Shown: piece by piece, positions 51,400 to 63,481 of the stretch | How positions within the stretch are numbered: position 1 is the stretch's first letter | How the letters are laid out: each line of letters starts with the position of its first letter | Assembly: GCF_006345805.1 (NCBI RefSeq) | Contig: NC_043019.1 | Coordinates: forward strand, 22,009,360 to 22,073,359 | Length of the DNA: 64,000 nucleotides | From: Octopus sinensis | Lineage: Eukaryota | Reading direction: 5' to 3' | Notes under the pieces: generated by a model | The model's database searches: none | The model's input: the letters and a program-made list of their open reading frames with translations, nothing else | Told to the model about the DNA's origin: nothing | Translations under genes and position numbers: made by a program

Positions 51400-52904
51400 T
51401 TTCTTTTTTTTTTTTTTTTCTTCAACTTAGCATAAAAGTCTTATGAGCCAAGTGCATGATTGAATATCAGTTCCATGTAAGAACCATTTCATTTATGTCA
51501 GTCATGTTCTTGGGAAAGGTATGAACATCACATTTCATAATTATGTAAGAAATCAATATTATTGTTACTATTACTATTGTTATCCTAGAAAGACCAACTT
51601 TCAACTTCTGGAATTTGATAAAAAAAGTTGCAGCTCTTAGATCTGGTATTCCCCACAATCTCTCATAGTCCAAAAACTTTCATGATCTAACAGTTCCTAT
51701 AATCTTGCAATTCCAGCAGTCTGACAACTCCTGTGAGTGATTCAGGTTAGCAAATGCCTTAGGGCAAATCAGCCTGTTCCCTTTTATGTTGAAAAAGTGA
51801 AAATTAACTAGGTGATAGAAAGCAATGCACCCTTTCCTCTTTATGGCTATTTTACTGTTCACTTTATTTTTTGTGCTATATTATACATACTATGCATGTA
51901 CTTTTAACTCTTATTGTTATATTTTTAACTCAACTTATTGCTATATTCTGCATACGCTTTCTCTTTTCCAGTGAGTTGTATTGCATCTGAGAACTGCATT
52001 TAATAAGCCCATTAGTATTAAGACAGCAAGCTGGCAGAATCATTAATGCATCAGACCAAATATTTAGAGGATATTTCTTCCAGCTCTTTATATTTTATGC
52101 TCAAATTTTGCAAAGCTCAACTTCGCCTTTCATCCTTTGGAGGTCAATAAAACAAGTACCAGTTGAACACTGGGATCAATGTAATCAACTTACTCCCTTC
52201 CCTAAAAATTTGCCAAGATTTCTTTTAATGCCAAAATTAGAAAAAAATTATGATTAAAATAAGTAATGAGACTGAAATAAGTAGTGAAAAGTTGTCAGTA
52301 TGATCAACTAAAATACTTGACGGCAATGCTCTAGCATGGCCACAGTCCACTGACTGAAACTAGTAGAAGAGTAAAAGAAATAAAATAGTTAACATGACAG
52401 TCACCTTGTCTATAGAAGGTTCCCACAAAACCTGAAACAATACAGTGCATATTTATATAAAAGGTTGTCAGAGGACTTGATTATCTCTAAGTAAAAATAA
52501 TATTGTGAATAACTATAAAAAATACCATATCAAGATAAGGTTGAGAAAACTTCATTTCATGCATACATAATGACACCAGAAAATTGATTGAACAAAAAAA
52601 AAAGACAACAAAACAAAGGACATTAACTAGAGATAATATCATTCCATAAAATTAAATAGAGCATTATCTTGTCTGAAAATAGTGTTTAAAAGTTAATATC
52701 TACCTTTAATTTAGATAATAAACATTAAGTTTCACACAAATAAAATGGATTAAAGTTCTTTTTATGCATCATTATCGCCATCATGGTTTTAATATCCACT
52801 TTTATTCCTGCTTGCATAAGTCAGACAGAATATCTTGAGGCAGATTTTGTATGATTGGATGCCCTTCCTGTTACCAACCCTCACCAGTTTCCAGGCAAGA
52901 TGCT

Positions 52905-53390
52905 CCAAACCACATAGGCAAGTTTGACATGAAACTAGAATGTTTCGTGTCTGTTGTGCGAGCCATATGCCAGAAATATGTCCCAAAGCAGAAGGCCAAA
53001 ACAAATAAGAACAAGATTCCAAAGGAGAGGAAGATCCTCATGAGACGACGGACGAAGGTTGCAAATCGACTCAACCAACATCCCAAAAGTAGCGAAAGGT
53101 CCCGCCTAAAAACAACACTGATGGAGAGTGATAAAAGGCTGCAACAATCCTATGTGAGGGAGAAAGCAGACAAAGAAGCCTGGGTTATAAAAAACATTAA
53201 ATCAAACCCAAAGGCCTTCTTTTATTACGCGAAAGGAACAGCCTCAGTACACTGCAAGATAGGACCCATCTTTCAAAAGGATGGCTCCCTCACAGACAGT
53301 CCAATGAGGATTAGTGAGGTACTGAATGACCAGTTCAAAAGTGTCTTTACCACCCCGTTGGAACACAGACAAGTGAACGAACCACTGACT
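52905..53390 (+). mobile_element. CR1/L2-group LINE ORF2 internal fragment (linker between endonuclease and RT), stop-free
   Basis: KNIKSNPKAFFYYAKG...IGPIFQKDGSLTDSPMRISEVLNDQFKSVFTT matches the CR1 linker motifs NPK.F..Y.K and LN..F.SVFT. Confidence 0.85.
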
Positions 53391-53890
53391 TGGAACTTGG
53401 TGGAACATCTAACCCATACCAGCATGGAAAGGAGACATAAAATGATCGTGATGATATGCTAATGAGTGTGTGTTCTTTTATGTGTTTCAGCCATATGACT
53501 GCTGTCAAACTGGAGTACATGCATACACTCAAGAAATATTCTTTTATTAGTCAAACTGAGACATACTGGGGCTTCACCTTAAAAGGTAGTGGTACACATA
53601 TTTTCCATTAAGTTTGGTACTTATTTTTGCTACATTCTATTTTTCACATTGCAATGTCACAGAACAAACACAGACATCATTCTGTTTTCAAGCAATAGCA
53701 AACAAAGATAGACACATTCACATACAAACTTCTCAGCAGTTTCCATCAACCAATTTCACTCACAAGACAGCCTGAAGTACAGTAGAGAACGCTTGCCCAA
53801 GATGCTATGCAATGGAACTGAACCCAAGACCACATCGTTGTAAAGTGGATTTCCTAACCACACAGCCATGTCTTTGCATATGAGAAATAT

Positions 53891-54193
53891 CACCGTGACT
53901 GACCAGACTATCAGATGTTGCTACACATCGCTGGTCACAATGCGCTTTGCATTGTTTTTAGCCTTCAAATGACGCCACCCCGCTGGCTAAGCGAGCAGGC
54001 CAACAGAAGAAAGAGTGAGAGAAAGTTGTGGCGAAAGAGTACAGCAGGGATCGCCATCACCCCCTGCCGGAGCCTCGTGGAGCTTCAGGTGTTTTTGCTC
54101 AATAAACACACACAACACCCGGTCTGGGAATCGAAACTGCGATCCTACGACCACGAGTCTGCTGCCCTAACCACTGGGCCATTGCACCTCCAC
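53891..54193 (-). mobile_element. Third tRNA-derived SINE family, full length
   Basis: Minus-strand head GTGGAGGTGCAATGGCCCAGTGGTTAGGG...GTTTCGATTCCC (A and B boxes); 11-bp TSD ATGAGAAATAT at 53880-53890 and 54194-54204. Confidence 0.9.
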
Positions 54194-55172
54194 ATGAGAA
54201 ATATAAAAGTGCTTAATGCAAGCCAGTGGTAGACATGCAATGAATCATTTAAAGACCATGCATATCTACACCAGAATATCAATTCTATAGTTCTTGTATG
54301 AAGATAAATCATCAATGAAATGTATAAATTACAGTGATCATGCCAGAAGATATAGAAGATGCATAAAACGATCAATACAGAATAAATAATTCTAGTCTTT
54401 GTACATACACACACATGCACGCTCACACAGAGTTTATATGCTAATAGCTTTCTCTCTCTCTCTCTCTCTCTCTACTAGTTTTTACATATTTATCTATCAA
54501 GACAGTCCACTATTTCTTTTTATGTATGTTTAGTGGACTTGGACAACTAGAGAACTCGTAGCTTCTCTTTCTCTTTGTCTCATTACATTAAAAAACTCAA
54601 CTCTATTCGGAACACCACAGTAGGAATTTGTCTTGGCTCTCATTGAAATAATCCAAACTTGTTTAACTTCTAACATTGTAGTATAGCTACCAATCACAAG
54701 AACCAAAGAGCAAAAGTCATTTTGCTTCACTTCATTTACACTGCTTAATATCTTTGAGGAAGACACGAATGCTACAATCTCATTCTTCTCCCTAAATAAA
54801 TATTTTGTAGTGATCTAATGTGTTAATAGAAAAAAGATAAAAATCAATATGCCATCTACCTAATATGAATGGCAAAGATTTGAAGAGCCTAGCAACCATA
54901 CAGAGGATTTGTTTTCTCTTTTTGTTTTCCTGGTAGTATTTGCATTCCCCATTCACTCCGGGAAGGAGCACACATAAAAGTTCATTCATAAAATGAGTTT
55001 GTATGTGTAAAGGGGAATTCTGACATTTCAAACAGGACCCTTCTTTCATAGAAAGGACATTGATAGAAGTGTCAGAACTCTATCATTCTCACAGTATATG
55101 AACTTTTTGTGTTTTACAAATGCAATTTGAGGTTTTTTTGCTATTTTTACAGCTATTATATATATATATATA

Positions 55173-55395
55173 GCCGTTGCCAGTGCCGCCTCGACTGGCC
55201 TCCGTGCCGGTGGCACGTAAAAAGCACCCACTACACTCACGGAGTGGTTGGCATCAGGAAGGGCATCCAGCAGTAGAAACACTGCCAGATCAGACTGGGC
55301 CTGGTGCAGCCTCCTAGCTTCCCAGATCAGTCGAACCGTCCAACCCATGCTAGCATGGAAAGCGGATGTTAAATGATGATGATGATGATGATGAT
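55173..55395 (+). mobile_element. Young RTE LINE 3' UTR/tail fragment inserted in (TA)n
   Basis: Same sequence as 1-195, with (TA)n on both sides. Confidence 0.88.
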
Positions 55396-55581
55396 ATATA
55401 TATATATATATATATATCTCCACATCTGAATGAGACAGTCATCATTAGACTCAATGGATAATAATATACAAGCATGAATGTTTAGATATAGTTTGCTTTA
55501 AATCCAATTTTCCATATGCTAACCAATTAGAGGAAAAAATAGTGAGATATATTTTTTTTTAAGTTGGGTACTGTGCTTGTT

Positions 55582-55610
55582 GCTAACCCTTCCTTGCTTT
55601 TCAGGTAAGG
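55582..55610 (+). promoter_or_regulatory. Juxtaposed 3'/5' splice sites (candidate recursive splice site)
   Basis: GCTAAC branch point, CCTTCCTTGCTTTT tract, then CAG|GTAAGG (junction 55604/55605). Confidence 0.45.
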
Positions 55611-58600
55611 GAGTTTTCATTCTACTCACTCTGAAATACAGAGCTACTGGATGATACACTGACTGAAAAATCTCAAGAAATGATCCTATAAGTAATTCCT
55701 CTCTGCACAATTTAAACATTCACACAACAGACACACAAAAAAGCATAAACACATATACACATGGATATACATACACACAAATATATATATATATATATAT
55801 ATAAATAAGAAAATGGAGAAACAAATTCATTTCGATTATCAACTAACGGATATTACAATTTCACATTATTTATTAATTATACAAATGGGAACATCAAACA
55901 ATATACATCAATATGTGATATATTAATAAAAAATAAAATAATACAAATATCCCATAGTGGGTTACTTTCATAACCCCTATCTTACTTTGTGTATATACAT
56001 ATATATAACTGGCTTTGTACAGTTTCCATTTACCAGTGCATTCACGAGGCATTAGTTGGTCCAGAGCTATAGAAGACACTTGCCCAAGACCTACACTGAA
56101 ACTGGATGGGAAGTATCAGGAGACCTCAATAGGTAACAATAAGCAAACTTGTATGTGTTTTTATGCACGTACGCACACCTACATGTATGTGAGCACATAT
56201 CGTGGGAAGTAGGTTGGTGCAAATTATATGAGATTTATGTGATAAATTTAGACACAAGCAACCATTGACTTAAATTACACAAGTAGCCAATGACTTAAAT
56301 ATATTTTATTGTTATTTATATATTAGGCTGTCACTTTGTATATTACTCTTTGTCAAGGTGCACTCATCCATTTTCCCCCGTGAGTCACACACCTATCGTT
56401 TACTCATTTAGCATATCTGTAAACTTGTCAATAAAATAAGATATAAATGCACTAATAAGACTCCTCCCACAATATAAACATGTCGCATGAGAAACACCCA
56501 TGCAATAAATATAAATATATGCATTTGTATGTGTGTGTGTGTTTACATACACAGACACACACACTGTTTATAAAGTACTTTATCATACACAACAAATAAG
56601 CAATTACTTTAGAGTTCCAAACTACATTGCAAATGTATTGTAACAATATATACATCATAATATGCCCACTCTTTGTCAAAGCAGGTTTTCTATGGCAAGA
56701 TAACTTTATCGTTGCCAAACCTCATAGGTTTCCCTCAAACACATTATTTCCCCATGGGAGATCGGAAATAAACAACTGTTGTATTGCGGTGACATTCATT
56801 TAAAACTATCACATAATGTCACGACAAGGAAATGCTTGTACACACACACACACACATTCAAAACAGGTTTCTTTCATTTTCTGTCAAAGAAATCTATGCA
56901 CAAAGCTTCAATCAGCTCAAGACTATGGTGGAAAACACTAACTCAAGGTGCCATGCAATGAAACTGAACCCGAAACCATGTGATTTATAAGGAAAATTCT
57001 CAATCACACAGGTATACCTGCAGGCGCAGATATTGCTGTTTAGTTAAAAAGCATGTTTCCCAACAGATCTCAGGTTCCATTCCGCAGTGCAGCACCTTGG
57101 GCAAGTGTCATCTATCACAGCCTTGGAGTGACCAAAGTCTTGAGAGTGGATTTGGTAGACAGAAACCAAAAGAAGCCTGCTGCATAAAAAAGTATGTGTG
57201 TGTTTGTGCAAATGCATTTGTGTGTGCCTTTGTCTAAACATTGCATAATGGTTGTAAATGAGCATCATCCTCATACAAGTGAAGTGGAGTGGAGAGACAA
57301 AGAGAAAATAAGCTTGAATATATATTTCTTGATGAAACACATTGGTATGAAATAAATTTAATATTCATGTATACTAACATCTGTATTTCCACATGTATTT
57401 TTGCATGTATATTCTCATATGTATGTTAAACTATATTACATGCTCTCCACTACGTATCAAGCGCTATGTTTGTACAACATAGAGAGAGAAAGAAAGAGAT
57501 ACCAAGAAATAACAGACACACTTATTCTTGTTTCAGTCATTGAGCCATTGAACAGTGGCCATGTTAGGACACTACCTAAAAAAAAATTTAGTCAATCAAA
57601 TCAACCCTAGTGCTAATTTTAAGTTTGGTACTTATTCTATTAATCTCTTTTCACTGAACCACTAAGCTACAGGGATGTGAACAATCTAACACTCGTTTTC
57701 CAGCAGTGAGAGAAAAACAGAAACCCATCTATTTACACACATGTGCACATACGCATGCATACAGAGAGAGAGAGAGAGAGAGACTTTCACACAATTTCTT
57801 TTTATCAAATTCACTCACAAGGCATTGGTTGACCAAGGCTTTCAAGACTCCTGCCAAAAGTACAATAAAGTGAGAATGAACCCAAAAAATTGGCACTTTA
57901 CAATACAAACTTTTTAACCACACAACCATGTCTAAGAAAATGTCAAATAATTAAAACAGAAAAACAAAACAAAAGATGTTAAGGTAATCCAAAAAGTATT
58001 TTTTCAACGATTTGCAAATTCAAGTAAAAAAAAATCAAAGAAATCTTGCTTGTTTAAATAAAATCTGAAATAGTTTATGTAATGTGAAAACTGGGAAATT
58101 CGAATTCACACAGTTGTCACATACAAACACTTCAGAAATAAAACAAACATAGTACCTTATTTACTTGTCCCCTAATTTAGTACAAAATGTTTTTCTTCTA
58201 GTTTTAGCTTTGCCCTGCGTGTAAATTGCACCCCAGTTTTTTCATTTAAAATCAATAGTGTGACTTATGTAAAAACAGTATTTAAAACTGTTTGAAAGAA
58301 AGGAAGGAAAACAGAAAAAAAAAACAGAAAACAACAGTTTATAATTTATGATAAATTTTGTTATTTCAGGGTTAAGACCTATTTATAAAGGCAAACCAGG
58401 AACAAGGAATTAAGTATTAACTTCAAATTTTGGGATAAGGCCAGCAATTTCAGGGTAGGGTGTGAGTTGATTTACTGACCCCCAGTGATCAACTGGTACT
58501 TATTTTATTGACCTTGAAAGAATGAAAGGGAAAGTTGACCTTGGCAGAATTTGAACTCAGAACATAAAGCCAGATGAAATGCTGGAAGAGCCTGCTGTGT

Positions 58601-58692
58601 TAACGATTTTACCAGCTCGTTGCCTTATAAGGAATCAAATATTAATCACATCATCAGTATCATATTATGAGGAAGTGTGTCTTTCACTGAAG

Positions 58693-58813
58693 AGGTTTAA
58701 TAAAAACACAAAAGAATCCCCAAAATGGGGGAAGAGCATCTACAAACAAAATAGGTTGATTCAGAAGAGCACTCCACACACAACCCCAAGGTACCCTGAT
58801 GCACCAAAGACAA
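58693..58813 (+). CDS. Weak candidate exon RFNKNTKESPKWGKSIYKQNRLIQKSTPHTTPRYPDAPKT
   Basis: Strong donor CAA|GTGAGT, modest acceptor; phase-compatible with 59024-59099 across a 210-nt GT-AG intron. Confidence 0.25.
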
Positions 58814-59023
58814 GTGAGTGAGTTTTTTCTTTTAGCCTGCAACTACCTAAGCTCATTTGGCTGTGCCAATTTTATCCAAACTCACCTAACTTTCAAAAAA
58901 TTTTCTGGGGGTGCTGTACCTCCTGTGCCAAATTTAGCCTAATTCACCAAATCTAATAAAATTTGCTGGGGAAGGGGTGGGTGCAGAACTTCCTCCTCTA
59001 TCCTCACCTTCATTTTCATGCAG

Positions 59024-59099
59024 TATTTGAAGAAGCTGAAGGAGGTTATGTGAAAACTAAATCTAAGAAGTTACGTCAACAGTTGTCAAATGGCACAAT
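59024..59099 (+). CDS. Candidate exon FEEAEGGYVKTKSKKLRQQLSNGT
   Basis: Long pyrimidine tract CTTCCTCCTCTATCCTCACCTTCATTTTCATGCAG and A/T-ending codons; weak donor GTATAT. Confidence 0.3.
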
Positions 59100-59963
59100 G
59101 TATATATTTAAAAGTATAATTTATGACTTCAGAAAATACATATTAATAAGTCTTGAAAAACCTGCTATATACTCATAACTTTGTTATATGCAAATACATG
59201 ACTAATACAACAAGGTAGGAAATAGTTTTCAGGAGTAGCAGAACCATTAAAGCATCAGGCAAAATGGCTTGCCATATGTATTACAACTGTTTACATTCAG
59301 AGTTCAAATTCTGCCTATTTGAGGTTTTGTGCCTATGTACGATATCTGTTTTGATTTTACCTAAACTGTTTGCAAAGTGTATCAGTTTGTATGTCACCAT
59401 TTCAATGTCCACTTTTCCATGCTTCCATGGGTCAGATGGCATTTATCATGCTTGATTTTCTAAGACTATGTCCTCCCTATTGACAATCCTCACCTGTTTA
59501 CAAGCAAACTAATATATCCCCATGGCCAGATATGTTTCCACAGAATATTGGAAATTAATAACATTACTTGTATGATAGTGATGCTCATTTGCAATTATCA
59601 TGCAACAACAGGCTTGTTTGAGTTTTCGTCTACCCAATCTATTCACAAGGTTTTTGGTTGGCCTGAGGCTGCAGCAGAAGACACAAGCTCAAGATGCCAT
59701 ACAGTGGGATTGAACTTGAAACTATGAGCTTGGAAAGCAGACTTCTTAACCACACACACACACACACCACATACATCACAACCTCATCAGGAAAGAAAAG
59801 GGTAAAGAATTAAAGGCGTGGGGACATTTTTTACCTAGTATTCCTGTGTTTTGCACAATGAGAACAATATTCCGAAAGAATATTTTCCCTCCCCCCCAAT
59901 TTTTTTCTTTAGCATTTTTCATCCCCCTACCCCCGCTCAATTCTGCGAGTACTACAACATTAA

Positions 59964-60179
59964 TCCCTTAGCATTCAGATTATTCTATCAAATGTAATGC
60001 TTACTCATTCACATTGGAAATAATCATACATTATCTTATAGCTTGAAGATTTTAATGATGTGATTGTTTATTTTCAGAATGCCATTGTAGGATATAGATA
60101 TGAAACCAGATTTGGTCAGCTTAGACATAAAACAACCAGAATATTTGGGCCGGATACAGCCAGTTTGAATGCTAAAGGG
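59964..60179. mobile_element. piggyBac-type MITE
   Basis: TTAA|TCCCTTAGCATTCA ... TGAATGCTAAAGGG|TTAA. Confidence 0.85.
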
Positions 60180-60540
60180 TTAAACAAACACCCAACTATC
60201 AAGCTGATAAGAAAAGTATTCCATCTCCAATCACCTATTAGAATCTCCTTTTTGAAGAAGTATAATCTTATCTGTACATATGGAAAAAAAAAATGGGAAA
60301 AATTAGTAATAGTGGGTAGACATATTAAGAAAGAATTAGAGTTGAATAAAGTTTTGTAGTTAACGTGACAAAACTCATGGCAATCATCATGTAACATCCA
60401 TTTTTCCATGGATGTTACATGGGTCATACAGAATTTGATGAGGCAAATTTTCTATGGCTAGATGCTCTTCCTATCACCAACCTTCACCTGTTTCCAGACA
60501 AGGTAATATTTCCCATGGCCAGACACAGAAGACTAGAAAC

Positions 60541-60943
60541 GGATCTTTTCAGTTTGAACGGCAGTTTTTCTAGCAGTGTCATATAAAATTGTCACCCATA
60601 ATTATGACCCTAGTATTGATCTATTGCATTTCAATCTGTTTTAGGATTAGGGTTAGGGTATCTTTTTTTCTTCAGAAATGTAAATAAACCCAATCTGTTT
60701 CTTAAACGAGGGACATATTCATACGGCACAGAATGTTTTCACCTCAATAGACGTCATTGATTGGTTGAAATTGCAGAAACTGAAGAAAAAAAACAACAAA
60801 TATCTTACAAACTGTAGAATTTTCTCAATAAAGCCAAGAGAAAAAGATGTTTTATAAACACATTCTACCAGTATACGAAGTTTAAAAGTGTTTAATTACG
60901 TGGAAATTATTTAAAAAAACTGCCGTTCAAACCGAAAAGATCC
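60541..60943. mobile_element. 403-bp MITE with 29-bp TIRs and an 8-bp TSD; probable Merlin/IS1016 superfamily
   Basis: GGATCTTTTCAGTTTGAACGGCAGTTTTT / AAAAACTGCCGTTCAAACCGAAAAGATCC; TSD CTAGAAAC at 60533-60540 and 60944-60951; GG termini. Nested in an RTE-tail fragment. Confidence 0.85.
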
Positions 60944-61600
60944 CTAGAAACAAACAACATTGCTTGTATGATTGTAATACTCATTTGCAACCGTCACATG
61001 TCATGAAAAGAGTATACACACACGACAGGCTTCAATTGGCCAGGAGCAAAACAAAGTCACTTGCCCAAGGTTCTGCAGAGTTGGACTGGACCTGAGACCA
61101 CATGGTTGAAAAAGCCAGCTCCTTAACCAGACAGCCACGCCTGCACTTATAATAATCCTTTCTACTATAAGAACAAGGCCTGAAATTCTGGGGGAAGGGT
61201 CAGGCAAGTCGATTACATCAACCCCAGTATTCAATTGGTACTTAATTTATCGATCCCGAAAGGATGAAAGGCAAAGTCGACCTCGGCAGAATTTGAACTC
61301 AGAACGTAATAATAACATGATGTTATTTTGTCCTGGGTCGACTCTGAACAAGTTGCTAAGTGCACTCTGTGTAGAAAGAAGAATTAAACAGCCTTAACTA
61401 CCGTATTATGGTATATTTTATAGACATGTATATAGTACATCTTAAATATATGGGGATTTCACATAAGTAAATACTTCATGAACCAATGAGGGAGCCAGTG
61501 ATTAATTACTAAGACTTATTTAAACTGACTTAATTGTCATTTTACATTTTATAATAATAAAACACTTCCCTCAAGGGCGATTTTTCTTTTTGACTTGCAG

Positions 61601-61679
61601 GACTGTCAACAACCATATTGGCCCCATATGATCGAATTTTGACAGTTCTGAGATGTATCATAAAAGGATGTCTAAATAT
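61601..61679 (+). CDS. Candidate exon (79 nt) (G)LSTTILAPYDRILTVLRCIIKGCLN
   Basis: Acceptor TTTTTCTTTTTGACTTGCAG, donor TAT|GTGAGT, single open frame. The donor is supplied by an adjacent SINE-tail sequence. Confidence 0.3.
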
Positions 61680-63065
61680 GTGAGTGTGTTCCCCACCACC
61701 ACTTGACAACCGATGGTGGTGTGTTTACGTCCCCGTAACTTAGCGGTTCGGCAAAACGGATCGATAGAAAACGAGTACAGGCTTTTAAAAAATAAGTAAT
61801 GAAGGTCAATTCATTCAACTAAAACTTTTTCAAGGCGGTGCCCCAGTATGGCCCCAGTCAACTGATTTAGGGAGTCCTACAGGTTTCTATGTAATTCCTT
61901 CGTTTTATACAGAGGGTCGCCGATTACGCATTCATTCGATTTGTTTACCAATCTGTCCGTCCTTTTTCTAAGCCGGTAGGATGTACTTTGAAGGAGATTT
62001 GGCATCTATTTCTAGTAGAACGAACGACCATTGCGGACGTCCATCGTTGGCCAATTAAACAGTGTCAGTTAGTGACTGTCAACTTTTTAATTAATTACAC
62101 AAGGAGATAAACAAATGGAATTTCTTTCAAAAATAGTGTGACTTACAGCAAGAATTTATATCGTTTATATCTTAAGGCCAACGTGAAGTGAAAACAGATA
62201 AATAATGTAAACTATTCTATTTTATTTCATTTTTATCTTATTCGACGGAATGGGGGTAGAGAAAGAAAGTTCAAGGGTTACACGAAAAACAAGCAAGTTT
62301 ATCTATTCAGGATATTATAGACGAAAGATAATGACTGGATAATGAAGAAGAAATAAAAATAGAGGTAGAATAATCAAACATTTCGTTTTATTGTCGAGTG
62401 CACATGTTGAATTTTCTTCTCAGACGATAGCTTGATTCACCCTTGTTCTCCAAGTCGGACATTAACTGTAAAGAAAGAACCAACGAGGGAAGGGTCCTGG
62501 CTCTACGTAATTACAAGACATGCTAGAGATAGCAGCTAAATCTCCCACAAATCACACCTTTGTCTTTAAAAAGTGAAAGAGTAGATATACTAAGTTGGAA
62601 AAAAAAAAGTATTAGACACGTTATTATCTTAATAAAAACATCGTCCCGATAGATGGAACTTACGGTTAAACAATGAAGCTACTAGAAATAGCAGCCGAAT
62701 CTCACTCTACCATCATTAAGTAATAGGGTAGATAGAATATAAGCTAAGTCTGGAAAAAGTATTAGTTACGTTGTTTAATAAATAAAGCAAGGTGACTACT
62801 CATGAGTGAGGTACAAAAGAAACGCATTGTAATAATGTAATCCTAAATATAGCATAAAATGCAATGGCCATGCCTGGAATGTCTAAGTATCCTTGTTTTT
62901 AACAGTCCTGACTTCAAATGGATCTTTCCTTTTAATAGACCTTTATGTATACAGGTGTATGTATAGTTATGTCTGGGATTTTTTTAGTGGGTGGGGGTGA
63001 AGGTCGAATTAGGAATTTAAACTTCGTGGATTCATTTTTGAGGCGAATACCTAATTATTTCTTTT

Positions 63066-63481
63066 GGGCAATCTTTCGTCTCTAGTAGACCTTTCCGTCG
63101 ATTTCCGTAAAAATTTTTTTTTTTTTACATATGGGCTTGCGGGAACTTTTGAAGTAATGAGAGCGAAAGAGACTAAGAGAAAGCGATTGTATGACGAGGG
63201 AAGTTCCTTTGAAGTTACCGTGCATGGGAGCATTGATGGACATGTGTGTGTGTTTGATGGGATGTGGGAGACAGACAGTATGTTGTGTAAGTGAAGTGCT
63301 TCTGTTAGTGTGTGTGAAGAGACAGAGTAATGTGTGAAAGAGAGAGATAACTGAAATTTTTTACTCGGTGTATGTGTATATGTATGTATATTACTTCAAA
63401 AGTTACCGCAAGCCCATATGTAAAAAAAAAATTTTTTTACGGAAATCGACGGAAAGGTCTACTAGAGACGAAAGATCGCCC
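63066..63481. mobile_element. MITE with ~92-bp TIRs
   Basis: 63066-63158 is the near-perfect reverse complement of 63390-63481 (GGGC.ATCTTTCGTCTCTAGTAGACC...). No TSD resolved. Confidence 0.85.

Noticed and set aside
54120-54193. tRNA gene
   Set aside because: A and B boxes are present, but no proper acceptor stem is evident. The sequence continues into a 300-bp SINE body with a TSD.
56209-56330. Second mariner element (TAGGTTGGTGCAAA TIR-like)
   Set aside because: Only one short TIR-like end, with no partner TIR or transposase sequence.
59888-59936. G-quadruplex on the minus strand
   Set aside because: Four G-runs are present, but the central loop is about 26 nt; weak candidate.
60642-60659. 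Telomere or interstitial telomeric array
   Set aside because: Only 2-3 units, located inside a MITE.
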